DNA of 64,000 nt from Octopus sinensis (lineage: Eukaryota). This document shows, piece by piece, positions 13,202 to 25,707 of the stretch (positions within the stretch are counted from its first letter, which is position 1; each line of letters starts with the position of its first letter). The stretch covers positions 56,048,001-56,112,000 of the forward strand of contig NC_043001.1 in the NCBI RefSeq assembly GCF_006345805.1. The letters are read 5' to 3'. The position numbers and the translations under genes were made by a program. The notes below the pieces were generated by a model, which was not told the DNA's origin, searched no databases, and saw only the letters and a list, made by a program, of their open reading frames with translations.

Positions 13202-13679
13202 GAGGGGGAAGGCAATGTATGCGTGCGCATGCCTGAGTGTATGTTTTCTGTGTGTCCGTGTGTATGAGTGTGTTGTATTCACGTTTGTATGAGTGTAAAT
13301 GTAAATATGTATCAGTTTGCAAGAATTTCTGCGTGCTTGTTTCTATGAGAGCATATTTATGTGTGTGTGTATATATATATGTATGTGTGTGTCTATATCC
13401 GTGGTATGTACGTCTATTTACACGTATATCTGTGTATTTGTGTCTATGTATATTTACGTGAGTATATGTATGTGTGTGTATATATGTGTGTGTCGATATG
13501 ATATGTGTGTATGTATGCCGGTGGTATGGAAATATGGGAATGGTAAAACGTATCCCAGCATTAGAGAGAATTGCTATCGTCGTGATAGCAATGGTAGTAG
13601 TGAAAATATTTTCTTTTTCACTGTCCTGGGAGTAGAGAATAATAATATAGTGATATGGCGGATAACGTAGCTGTTATTG

Positions 13680-13900
13680 TTGAACCTCAGATCGGTATGG
13701 CTTTAACCATACCTATGATCAAATTCATTCCAGCCATGACCACACCATTTTTTCTCTAGGCAAGAGAAACCGGAGCTACATGATCGAACGTGCCCTTAAC
13801 AATAAAAAAAAGCAAAACAAAACAAAGAGGTAGGATGTGATATGAGGGAGATTTGGTCGTCATTTCTAACAGATCGAGTGGTCATGCCAGAGCCCCGCCT
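13680..13900. repeat. Old interspersed repeat family (also ~14715-14870, ~16030-16210, ~54985-55185)
   Basis: Shared motifs cctatgatcaaa..cattccagccatgac and gagggagatttgg...tttcta. Confidence 0.6.
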
Positions 13901-13954
13901 CTGATGGCTCGCGATTTTACCATCAGTTGAATAATTCTACTCAATGTTGCGTCG

Positions 13955-14700
13955 GTATTGATGATGGTGATGACGGTGGGTGTAATGGTCATCGTGGTGA
14001 TGGTGGCAGAGGTGGTCGCAGTGATGGTAGTGGAAATGGTGGTGGTGGTGATGATGATGGTGTTGGTGTTGGTGATGGTGTTAGCGGTGACAGTGATGGT
14101 GATGGTGATGGTGGTAGTGATAGTGGTGGTGGTGCCAATAGTGATGGTGGTGGTGGTGATGGTGTAGGAGGTGGTGGCAGTGATGATTGTGGAAATGGTG
14201 GTGATGGTGACGGTGTCAGTGGTGTTGGCAGTGGTGGTGATGGTGGTATTGATAGTGGTGGTGGTGCTGCTGCTGATGGTGGTAGTGGTAATGGTGATGA
14301 TGGTGGTGGCGATGGCGGTGGTGGCAGTGGTGGTAGTGGTGGAGTTGGTGATGTTAGTGGTGGTGCTGCTGCTGATGGTGGTAGTGGTAATGGTGATGAT
14401 GGCGGTAGCGATGGCGGTGGTGGCAGTGGTGGTAGTGGTGGAGTTGGTGATGTTAGTGGTGGTGCTGCTGCTGATGGTGGTAGTGGTAATGGTGATGATG
14501 GTGGTGGCGATGGCGGTGGTGGCAGTGGTGGTAGTGGTGGAGATGGTGATGTTAGTGGTGGTGATGGTGGTGATGGTGGTAGTGGTGATGGTGGTAGTAA
14601 TAGCGATGTTGGCGATGATGGTGGTGGTGATGGTGGTGGAGATGGTTGTGGTGGTGGTGGTGGTGGTGGTGGTGGTATCAGTGGCGGCGCATTTGGTAGT
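13955..14700. repeat. (GGT/GAT)n low-complexity tract with a 99 bp minisatellite x3
   Basis: gctgctgctgatggtggtagtggtaatgg recurs at 14266, 14365 and 14464. Confidence 0.9.
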
Positions 14701-15089
14701 AATATTTAGTCCCATGTCAGCCGTCTGACTAAGCGAACCTATGACCAAAGGCGTTCCAGTAGTGACTGTCTCGTCTCGTTGTTTATTTGAAAAGCAAGTA
14801 TGGGAAGTCATTTGAAAGTGATGTGGCTGCTACTTCTAGCATTCGAACAGCCCTGTAGAGGCTCCCTCGCTGGGTCATCGATAATGATTGGTTAGGGTGA
14901 GAATTTTAATCAAAGTAGTAGTCACTGCTGTTTAGCTAAGGTCAGCCTCAAGGCATTCCAGCCGTGACTTTATGGTTGCTGTCATCGGTGGTGGTGGCCA
15001 CGGTTGGTACCATCGGAATAAATGTTGTTGTTATTGGTGGTGTGTTGGTACGGTAGGTGTTGGGGGATATTGTTTGTATTGATTTAAGG

Positions 15090-16015
15090 GTTGAGGTTTA
15101 AGATGGTGTTGGTAGTGGTTCTGGTGGTTGTGGCGGGTTGTGATAGTGGTGTTTGTAGTAGTGGTGGTTGTGGTGGTGGTGTTGGTAGTGGTAGTGGAGA
15201 TGGTAGTTGTGTTGATGGTGGTAGTGGTGGTGGTGGTTGTGGTAGTGGAGATGGTAGTTGTGTTGATGGTGGTAGTGGTGATAGTGGTTGTGGTTGTGAT
15301 GTTGGTAGTGGTGGTGGTGGTTGTGGTGGTGATGCTGGTAGTGGTGGTGGTGGTTGTGGTAGTTATGGTTGTGGTGGTGGTGGCATAGCAGGTAGTTGCG
15401 TCATGATACGCATAGTGATTGTATTGGTGATGGTGTTGTCAGTGGTAGCATTAGTGTTGATGATGGGGTGGTAGTGGTGGTAGTGGTGGTGCTGTTGCCG
15501 GTGATGTTGATGATTGTCTTGCTTATGCTGATGGTGACAGAGTCATGGAGAAGATGATGGGTTTGTTGATGGTGCCGGTAATGGTATTGGTGATTGTGGT
15601 AACGATGATAGTAATGATGGTGGTGATGATGGTAGATGTAGTAGCGGAGGTGGATTTAACGTGTGGATCGCGGGGGCGGTGGTAATGATGTTGATGATGT
15701 ACGTTTGTAGTGGTGGTGGTGATGATGATGATGATGTGTGTGATAGTCGTGGTAGTGTTGATGAAAATGATGATGAGGTAACGATGATGAGGAAGATTAT
15801 GGTGATGATGTGTATGATGGTGACAATGTGTGTGGTGGTGGTGATGGCTGTGGCCGACCAATCATATTGTATTTGTGGTGATGATGATGATGATGATGAT
15901 GACGATGATCATGATGATGATGATGATGATGATGATCATCATCATCATCATGATCATGAGTAGTTGTAGAGATGTTAGTGATGGTACTGGGGACTATGGT
16001 GCTGGTGATGTGGTT
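15090..16015. repeat. (GGT/GAT)n low-complexity tract
   Basis: Degenerate trinucleotide repeats. Confidence 0.85.
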
Positions 16016-16379
16016 GTTTCTTTTTCCTTCTGTAGCCCTGGACAAGCACTGATCGAGTTTAACTATATAATGAATGACATTCCAGCTGTGACCATCACGT
16101 TTGTGTTTTGGCTTTCTTGGACTACATTGTTCAAGGTGTCCTTCCCTTTTAAAGACCGTTGCGTGCGTGAAGAGAGAATCCGACTGCTGTTAGTAGTAAG
16201 ATGTGAGGCCACCTTAAACTTCCTATGTTAACTCATGAAATATTGATTTCAAATTTTGACACAAAGCCAGCAATTTTGGGGGAGGGGTAAATAGCTTACA
16301 GCGAGCCTAGTTTTCAACAGGTACTTTTGTAATCGACCCCGAAAAGATGAAATATAATATATATACATATATACACGTT

Positions 16380-16777
16380 AAATGAGTCTTCAAAGACAGT
16401 TGCTCCCATAAATTCTAAAATAAAATGTAGGATTTATGGAGGGTCAAAGTTGGGAACAAAACCATGACAGTGGAGACATACAAGGAGACCGAACGAAAAC
16501 AAGCATGGAGGATCGTTAGACCAGAACGAGAGGAAAATAGTGAACGATGGGTGAAACATCTTTTTGAAAAGAGAAAAGATAGAAGAGAGAGAATATATGT
16601 ATGTATATATATAAATAATATATGAATATATGCATATATACATACATATATGTACATACCTACATATATATGCATTGTTTATACCTTTTATTCTTTTGAA
16701 TAAGTATCAGTGGAATTTTGAACATATGTAGAAAGTCAAAATACTTGTTTAAACCCCTGCGTTAACTCCATTTTTTA

Positions 16778-16838
<61 letters not shown>

Positions 16839-17545
16839 GTATATATATATATGTATATATATATATGTATATATATATATACACATATACTATATTCTCT
16901 CTCTTCTATCTTTTCTCTTTTCAAAAAGATGTTTCACCCATCGTTCACTATTTTCCTCTCGTTCTGGTCTAACGATCCTCCATGCTTGTTTTCGTTCGGT
17001 TTCCTTGTATGTCTCCACTGTCATGGTTTTGTTCCCAACTTTGACCCTCCATAAATCCTACATTTTATTTTAGAATTTATGGGAGCAACTGTCTTTGAAG
17101 ACTCATTTTATCGTTGAATGCTCGAAATGAAGAGTTGTTAGACAGCCGATAACTGATGAAGAGTCCTTTCTCTGTGTTTACTTGTCCTGCTTTCCATTTT
17201 TTTCTCGTTGTTTACGTATTTAACTAGTTTGTTTACGTATTTCATGTTATATGCACTGTTGGTGACGTCCTGTACCCATATATGCATCTACTCCTTCGAA
17301 ACGCGGAGTAGATAAAACAGGGGACAACCGATGAAAGGAATGTTCTTTATGCTGCTTGTCTCGCTTCTCTGTGTGTTTCTTTCGTTGTTCAAAAAAGTTC
17401 GTTTTCTATGTTTTTGTTTTCCTATTCTCATTTCTTATTTTGTTCATGTGTTTTTGACGTCCTGTACCCATATATGCATGTATATATACATATATATGTA
17501 GGTATGTACATATATGTATGTATATATGCATATATTTATATATTA
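16380..17545. repeat. Inverted and tandem repeat complex (Penelope pLTR or retrozyme-like)
   Basis: ~218 bp near-identical inverted arms 16380-16597 and 16891-17108, followed by two homologous modules at 17110-17287 and 17288-17545. Confidence 0.75.
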
Positions 17546-17749
17546 TTTATATTGTATATATATATATCATATATTATTTATTTAATTGAAAGGGATGCAT
17601 TCATTTCCGAGTAAATATAAATGAGTGTGTGTGTTTGTCTGTATATGTGTATATCTGTCTATCTATCTATCTATATATATACATACATACATACATACAT
17701 ACATACATACATACATACATACATACATACATACATACATACATACATA

Positions 17750-18636
17750 CAGGGTGGGACAGAGGGGACGGACATTTTTGAAATAGCTATTACTCAGTAT
17801 CAGCGGAAGGGACATATGCCTGGCAGATACCATTCGATCCGTGATGTCTTAGCATTTTTTTTCTTTTCAAATGAAGCCATGGCGCTGTGGACGATAGATC
17901 ATCGCGTGCTTCTCTATGACAATTACGTGGATAAGAACGAGTCTGTTACAGCTGTTCGGCGACCCTTCAACATCCGCCGAAATCAATCTGTTTCCATCCG
18001 TAATATAACCTTACGTTGGGTGAATGCACTTCGGACTCGATGTACAGTAATAAATAGGAGACCGGAGGGTGTGCCACGAAGGGTACAGAACCCGAAAAAT
18101 GTTGAACACGTCAGACAAGCTTAGTTAGTGCGTCCGAATTGCTCTGCTCAGAAGCATTCCACTGAACTTGGCATCGGTAATCGATCGGTAAGGCGTATTT
18201 TGCATGAAGACTTGCATTTCCACCCGTACAAATTGGTTAACGGGCAACAGTTGAAACCATGGGACTATGCACAGCGGCTTAACTTCGCACGTCAGATGGA
18301 AGCAATTTTTGAGGCGAATGATAACCTCATTTTGTTAATGAGTAATGAAGCTCGTTTTCATCTCAATGCCATAGTGAATCAGCAGAACTGTCATTATTGG
18401 GCTCTTGGAAATCCGAGAGAGCAATGTCGCCCAAATAGACCGAGCAGTGCCGGAGAGAGTGGAGGCCGACCTTCAAGAACGCCTTCAGAAATGCATCAAT
18501 GAAAACGGACACTACATGATAGCTATTGTTTTCCACACTAATTCAATACGAACACATTGTCAATAAAATTTGTTTGCAGCTAAAATTAATGATTTTGTGA
18601 ATTTTTCAAAACGTCTGTCCTCTCTGTCCCACCCTG
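17750..18636 (+). mobile_element. Tc1/mariner superfamily transposon, DD41D (rosa/Visitor)-like, internally deleted
   Basis: TIRs cagggtgggacagaggggacggac / gtctgtcctctctgtcccaccctg with TA flanks; HTH region and LHFHPYK...MSNEARFHLNAIVNQQNCHYWALGNP; rest of catalytic domain missing, so the family call rests on the N-terminal motifs. Confidence 0.85.
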
Positions 18637-18641
18637 TATAT

Positions 18642-18725
<84 letters not shown>

Positions 18726-18727
18726 TT

Positions 18728-18924
18728 GCTCTTTTACTCTCTTACTTGTTTCAGTCATTCGACTGCGGCCATGCTGGTACACTGCCTTTAGCCGAAAAAT
18801 CGCCTTCAGGACTTTTCTTTGTAAGCCTAATTCTATCGGTCTCTTTTGCCGAACCGCTAAGTTACACACCAACATCGGTTGTCAAAGCAATGGTGGGTGA
18901 ACAAACACAGGCAAACACACAAAC

Positions 18925-18975
<51 letters not shown>
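18728..18975 (-). mobile_element. SINE family A 3' half
   Basis: cttttactctcttacttgtttcagtcattcgactgcggccatgctgg... Confidence 0.8.
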
Positions 18976-18979
<4 letters not shown>

Positions 18980-19013
18980 TATGTACGTATGTATGTATAT
19001 GCTTATGTATGTA

Positions 19014-19517
19014 TGGTGGCTGCCCCCTCGTTATCAAGTATGACCATTGCACGAAGCTTAATCAATGTTGTTATCGTGCAATGCCAGTGCAAAAAGATTT
19101 TTTTTTAAAGTGAGGAAAGGCTGTGCACTGAGTCAATCCCACTCACTAAGCAACAGCAACCATAATCCGAAAAGAAGAACAAGTCAACATCATCGGTAAC
19201 CACTGAGCAGCAGGTTTTATGTTGGAGTTATCCCAGTTACCTGAGTTACCTTCTCCTAGAAGGATGCCCTAACAAAGGCTAGGAGTCCTTCACTCCCAAT
19301 GGTTTAACCGCGCGATCGGGTATTCAGTCCGATTATTTCTATGTCCCCGCGCATGATACAGCCTCAAGACATTTATTGGATGGCCGTTGACTCTTAAGAG
19401 TTCCTCCGCCCTTTGACGGGTTTTGTTTTTCATCCCGCAGGGTGTCCAATAAACACCCTCCTCACCAAGCAAGCTTGGTGGGGTTGCTGGTTTAGTTGCC
19501 AACAACCCCACCATGCA
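19014..19517 (-). mobile_element. Non-coding RTE-derived (5'UTR + 3' tail) non-autonomous retroelement
   Basis: Minus strand starts with a 14 bp hairpin, contains ggcatccttctaggagaaggtaactc (RTE 5'UTR-like) and ends ggtcatacttgataacgagggggcagcc (RTE tail-like). Confidence 0.5.
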
Positions 19518-19852
19518 TACATAATACATATATATATATATAATATATATATATATATAAACTTAGATAAATTTAGATATGTTTCGACCAAAGATTGGTC
19601 CAGGCCATGTCTAACTTAATAGCACCACCTGATATATATGTATATATATACATATATATATATTATATTAATTATTTTTATTTCTATGTTTTGGTTTATG
19701 GTTTTCACTGTTTGATTTGCCTAATAGTGGTTTTATCTCTAATTTACTTTAAAAGTTTATATATATATATATACTTATATACATACATACATACATGTGT
19801 ATATATATATATACTTATATACATATATACATATACATACATAAATATAAAC

Positions 19853-20016
19853 ACGACGGGCTTCTTTCAGTTTCCAACTACCAGATCTACTCACAATGCT
19901 TTGGTCAACCTGAGGCTATAGTAGAAGACACATGCCGAATGTGCTACGCAGTGGGACTGAACGCGGAACCATGTGGTTGGGAACTAAGCTACTTACCCCA
20001 CAGACACTCCTGTGCC
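19853..20016 (-). mobile_element. SINE family A 5' half
   Basis: cgacgggcttctttcagtttcc...cacagacactcctgtgcct. Confidence 0.8.
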
Positions 20017-20063
20017 TAAATAAATTATTAAGGTGGCTATTCGCTATATATATATATATACAT

Positions 20064-20104
<41 letters not shown>

Positions 20105-20255
20105 CATACCCCACATATATATATGTGTGTGTGTATTTTTTCTGATTTTTCAGATTTTTTCTACGCTTGGCTACTGGTTTTAAACTGATATTAATTAAAT
20201 AATATTCAATTTATCTCCCTCATTATTTGAATTATATATATATATATATATATAT

Positions 20256-20306
<51 letters not shown>

Positions 20307-20358
20307 TATATATATATATGAAAATGAAAGAATGGAGTTGAACGACAAACTAACAAAT

Positions 20359-20458
20359 TTCCTTTATTTTCGACATATGTTTCGAAGGCTGCATATTCCT
20401 AATTGTGAAGGAATAAGGAGTACATTATGCCGCTTTCTCATCAGGAAAGACAAGGAAT
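20359..20458 (-). ncRNA. Type I hammerhead ribozyme, complete consensus core
   Basis: Minus strand tttc-CTGATGA-[54 nt stem II, gaaagcggcata/tatgcagccttc]-GAAA-catatg-TC-gaaa; palindromic stem III ACATATGT; predicted GUC cut between 20372 and 20371. Confidence 0.75.
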
Positions 20459-20695
20459 TTATGTCAACATCAAGATTCACAAAAACTTTTAGATGACTGC
20501 TCTCACGGAGCGCATAGCGATAATGAGTGTCTCTTTAATATTCCTTTATAAGGAGTGACGTCAAACTGGTTGAATGTAGAAAATTCGACGTCACTCCTTA
20601 TAAAGGAATATTAAAGAGACACTCATTATCGCTATGCGCTCCGTGAGAGCAGTCATCTAAAAGATTTTGTGAATCTTGATGTTGATATAAATTCG

Positions 20696-20785
20696 TTTTT
20701 GTCCTGATGAGAAAGCGGCATAATTACTCCTTATTCCTTCACAATTAGGAATATGCCCTTCGAAACATGTCGAAAATAAAGGAAA
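20696..20785 (+). ncRNA. Type I hammerhead ribozyme, second arm copy
   Basis: CTGATGA 20704-20710, GAAA 20762-20765, stem III ACATGT, GUC site; weaker stem I. Confidence 0.6.
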
Positions 20786-20980
20786 TTTGTTAATTTGTCG
20801 TTCAACTCCATTCTTTCATTTATTCATAAATTTATAAAAATACACACCAATTTCCACACAAAAACACGTAGTCTCTGCCCTAGGCACGTAACTTCAACCG
20901 TGTTATTTCTGATGTGAATTTGCTACCCAGGTATCGGTTAAACGAATTATCCATAAAAAGATATTTCATTTTTCTACTCA

Positions 20981-21024
<44 letters not shown>

Positions 21025-21059
21025 GTGTGTGCGTGTGTGTGTGTATGTGTGTATGTGTG

Positions 21060-21497
21060 TTTTTGTGTCTGTATTTGTCCTCCACTACTGCTTGACAAGC
21101 GGTGTTGGTGTGTTTACGTCCCCGTAACTTAGCGATTCAACAAAAGAGAACGATAGAATAAGTTCTAGGCTTAAAAAAATAAGTCTTGAGGGTCGATTCT
21201 TTCAACCAAAACCCTTCAAAGCGGTGCCTCAGCATGGCCACAGCGAAATGTCTGAAACAAATAAAAGATAAAAGATATATGTATATCTGTGTGTGTGAGT
21301 TCGTTCTCTACTACCGCTGGACAATCGACGCTGGTGTGTTTACATCCTTGTAACTTAGCGGCGTGGCAAACGAAACCGATGGAATAAGTAACCAGACCTT
21401 AAACAAAGTCGCGGGGACGATTTGTTTGGCAAAAACCCTTCAAGGCAGTGCTCCAGCATGGTCGCAGTCAAATGACTGAAACAAGTAAAAGAGAAAA
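21060..21497 (+). mobile_element. Two tandem SINE family A 3' halves
   Basis: Repeated ggtgtgtttac..taacttagcg..cagcatgg..tgaaacaa.taaaaga at 21060-21275 and 21290-21497. Confidence 0.8.
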
Positions 21498-21843
21498 GTT
21501 TTTATCTTTTGTTGGGTAGAAAAAAATGGGGTCGCTCTGATCGATTCTGTTTTTGGAATCTCATCAGAAAGCTATCATCCCCTGTCCCCGGAGAAACTCT
21601 TTACAGCTATTTATAGTGAATATAAACCAATGGTCAGCTAAACTAAAAAGTCTAATTTGCATAACAGTGCAATCGTTGGCAGCATAGTCAAGTAATTAAT
21701 GAATTAATAATGCACAGAGCGTTTATAGGATAATTTGAAATGTAAGATATGCGTTTAATGTAGCAATGCAATTTCAGCCGCGCTATTTGTTCATTATTAA
21801 TGATACAAACACAAACACACACATACATATATATACAGAGAGA

Positions 21844-21911
<68 letters not shown>

Positions 21912-22050
21912 AAGAAAGAGAGAGAAAGAGAACGTAAGATAAAGAGAGAGAGAGTGTGTGAGAGAGACAGAGAGATATATCTATCACTCTTTCTATCTAC
22001 TATCTGTCTGACTGTCTATCTATTTATCTCTCTCTCTCTATCTGTCTATT

Positions 22051-22095
<45 letters not shown>

Positions 22096-22139
22096 ATCTA
22101 CCCTTCCTTTATCACACTCAGCAAAGACAGTCCAACAAG

Positions 22140-22275
22140 ATCTGCTATAACTTGCTGAACTTGTAAAAGGACAAAGTACCAATTATTGATTTCAGATGAT
22201 ATCGCGATGATGATCTGGGTATAGCCGAAAACTGTAGAGGCCATAGGTTGGATACATAATTATAGTCTATTAATG
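22140..22275 (+). pseudogene. Penelope-like RT active-site fragment
   Basis: Translates KDKVPIIDFR*YRDDDLGIAENCRGHRLD, similar to the GLYRDDGL motif of PLE RTs. Confidence 0.5.
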
Positions 22276-22960
22276 AAAGTAAAACAAAAAAGAAAAAAAG
22301 AACATATTGCGTAATGTAGTCATATACCTGAGAAGAAAAATGGCATACCCAAGGTTAGAGAGTTTAAGTCCTTAAGTCAACGAACGGTAATCTGATGATT
22401 TCCTCGACATGTACATAATGTTTGACTTAAATTTAGAATATGTTTTTTGTCCGTTGTCTTTTGAGGTATTCTTTTTACGAAGCACAAGCATAGGGGTAGA
22501 TATGTCAGGTTCGCCACGCGTACTTGAACACTCGAGAGCCAGGGCGATTGTTGCAAGGTCTCTTGTCAGATAATCTAACAATTCTGCCGATCTACCATCC
22601 TCAATTGGTACTATTTTTAATCAAGACTGAAAAAGAATGGAAAGCAAAATTAAGTGGGCAGGATTTCGACTCAGTACGTAAGATAATGAAACAAACGTCG
22701 TAAAGCCTTTTTTATTCGATGTCGGGTCGATTTAATCAAGTCACCGCCTAAGAATGCCTTTCTAGAAATTGGTTATTTATCCACTATTTATACAATATCA
22801 AATATCACAGCCCCGCGTCTCTTTGATAAAGAAACAAACTTTTACAAACCCTTCCATAAGGCACAAATATAGCCTATGTCAGGATGTTGCTCACATCTAG
22901 GATGGCGCAGATGTCACGTACGCATTCAAACATGCGTGTGTGTACGTGTGTATACAGACA

Positions 22961-23010
<50 letters not shown>

Positions 23011-23369
23011 ACACACAAGCACGCACACACGTTTCTTCACCTTTTCGGTTGTCCACAGAAGTTCGATTACAGTGACCATTCTCTTAACCATGATAACTTT
23101 GGCGACTGAACAGTCCTATTCTAGACCCACACACCCAATTGCAGGTCGGACGTTTATATGTGATAATAAAGATTGTAGTCATGATGGAAACATTACTGCA
23201 ATCATTGGTTATATCTTTCTTGATTCTTCTCAAATGTCTTCTGATTGCCTTTCCTTTCTCCATCTCATATATATGACCCTCACCTCTCCTGAAATTTGTA
23301 CGGTCAGTAACATCCCGTCTATTTTTCTAACTTAATCTTGATCTTGTATTTCCTCAAAGTGCTTTTACA

Positions 23370-23403
<34 letters not shown>

Positions 23404-23850
23404 TACTAAGTTACTCCCTCCCTTTTCCTCACCCTCCTTCTCCGTTTCTCGCCCCCTCTCCTCTCTCCTCTCCCCTGTTTCTCTCCTTCTCTACCGCTCT
23501 CCCTCTCCTGTCTCGAACCAAATAAAAATGAGAAAGAAAAGAGTCCCTCTACTGCTTGACAAACCTCTATTCGCCAGCACGTTATAACCTCTATATCACC
23601 AATACGTTATATCCTCCATCATTATTGCAGCAATTTCTGCTTCTCTGAACTAGTAATCTGTGTATTCATCCATTTATTTAAGCTCTACACCCATTAAGTC
23701 TTCTTTACTGAATGTAATTCAACACCCAACACAGCACTACAGTCGCAGTAAAATCGTACTGACGACTACATTTCTAGAACAGTGCATATTTCTGGAATTA
23801 TCCTCTGTTCACGTTATTCACTAAGAACACCATGCTTAAAGACTTTTACC

Positions 23851-24640
23851 TTCTGAGTTCAAATCTTGCCAAGACCAACTTTGCGTTTTATCATTCCGCA
23901 GTCTATAAAATAAAGTACCGGTCAAATACAGGAGACATTATAAGCGACGATGTCTCAGTTTCAAATTTTAGGTCTTAACTTATTTAAGAAATCAATAATG
24001 ATTTCAAATTGTGGCACAGTGCCAGCAATTTCAGGGAAGGAGTTAAGTCGACCCCAGTGTTCAACTGGTACTTATTTTATAGACACCAAAATGATGAAAG
24101 GTAAAGTCGGCCTCGGCGGAATTTGAACATGGAACGTAACGACGGAGGAAATGCCAGTAAACATTCTGCCCGGCGTGCTAACGATTCGGCTAGCTCACCA
24201 CCTTATTCTTAAAAGGATAAAGATCCTTCCTGAATTATATAGACTAATAGGACGGTTTCCCGGTTTCCGCGGAGTATATGTTCACTCCCTGGACAGGACG
24301 TCGGCCCATCGCAGCATTACTCTTTATTGCCAGCTGAGTGGACTGGAGCAACGAGAAATGAAGTGCTTTGTTCAAAAACACAACGCATCGCACGGCTGAG
24401 CAATCGAAACCGCAATCTTACGATCACGAGTCCAACATCCGTAGCCACTAGGCCACACACTAAAGAAAATTAATTTTAAAAGAACGGTTAATCCTGCGAG
24501 CTGGCAGAATCGTTAGCACTCCGGGTAAAATGCTTAGCGGCATTTCGTCCGTGTTTACATTCTGAGTTCAAATTCCCCTGGGGTCGACTTTGCCTTTCAT
24601 CCTTTCGGCTCTATAAAGTATAGCATCAGTCATACGCTGG
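23851..24640. mobile_element. SINE cluster: family B (+ 23851-23995, - 24000-24205, + 24495-24640) and a CORE-like SINE (- 24240-24460)
   Basis: Direct homology with other copies in window. Confidence 0.75.
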
Positions 24641-25707
24641 GTTGATTACAAGAAAACACTCTGGATGTGAATGGAATTATAAAGGAAACCATTGCATAAT
24701 TAGGATAATTGCTTAAGGCTATAGTGAAACACCTTTCACTTTGTCTAAATCAGAATCAGCAAAAATTTTGTGGAGGTGGGCCGAGTTAGAAATGCTTTTA
24801 TATCTTGCAGCCAGGTGCATTAGAAAATGAAACCATCATCATACAAGCCCAGAGAAATACTTATAAAAAAGATCAAACGTCACTTGTAATGAAATATACT
24901 TCACATTTAATGATATAAATATCGGTATGAGCTATGATACAGCATTCACTTAAGAGTTAAAACATTTTTAGTTAGACTGATTGGGGAAGATTGTGGCTTC
25001 GGAGTAAGTGTCGTACCAACCAGTTTACCTGTTCTCTTCAATGATTATTATTTGATTATTAATGTAAACTATATTATAACAGCGTATGAGACACTATTAC
25101 TGTCTGTTACTCCGTTCATTTAGAAAAGTGACTTTAGCGTCTAGGAAAACTTTTATTCTTAACCAATCTCACATTTTGTATTAATATGAAACATTAATTT
25201 AATCGAGACTATTGCTGAAAGGAATCGTTTAGTTACTCTACTTTTGGCTACTGAATTTTATTGCGTATACAATATCGCTTGATCAATACGGTTGGTGGGT
25301 TGAATGAAATGAAGGCAAGAGCTGTAATTTGCCAACTCTTGGCCAAAATAAGGGTTTCTCACCGCAGCGCAATTATTCTTCCATTTTTCACTGTCTTGAA
25401 ATAATAACAATCTCCATCATTGACACAAGGTCAGCAATTTCGAAATGTAAAAAGATCAGCTGATTCAATCAAACCAAAGTACTTGATTGGTACTGCATTT
25501 CATCAATATTGAATAAATGAACCGAAATCATACCTGGCGTGTTTTGAACTCAGAATTGCCGTAAAGTAATACTACAATCTCGCCATACATCATTTTAAAC
25601 AAAGAATAGTAATAACTATGAAACACAAGATCAACGGGCAAATAGAGAAATCATTATGTTGTTCATAGAAATAACAGCTGATTTTCCCTCAAACCGCAAC
25701 CTTCATA

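Larger units (their letters stand above)
20322..20985. mobile_element. Palindromic Penelope-like pLTR element with ~240 bp inverted arms
   Basis: Arms 20322-20562 and 20587-20821, 24 nt spacer, right arm extended by ~160 bp; embedded in (TA)n. Confidence 0.75.

Noticed and set aside
13882-14811. 309 aa Thr-rich and 260 aa Gly-rich ORFs as mucin or structural protein genes
   Set aside because: Open frames are expected from (GGT/GAT)n; both ends of the Thr-rich ORF run into interspersed-repeat copies; no signal peptide or splice context
22372-22581. 69 aa minus-strand ORF as an exon
   Set aside because: No recognisable motif or convincing splice sites; adjacent to TE debris
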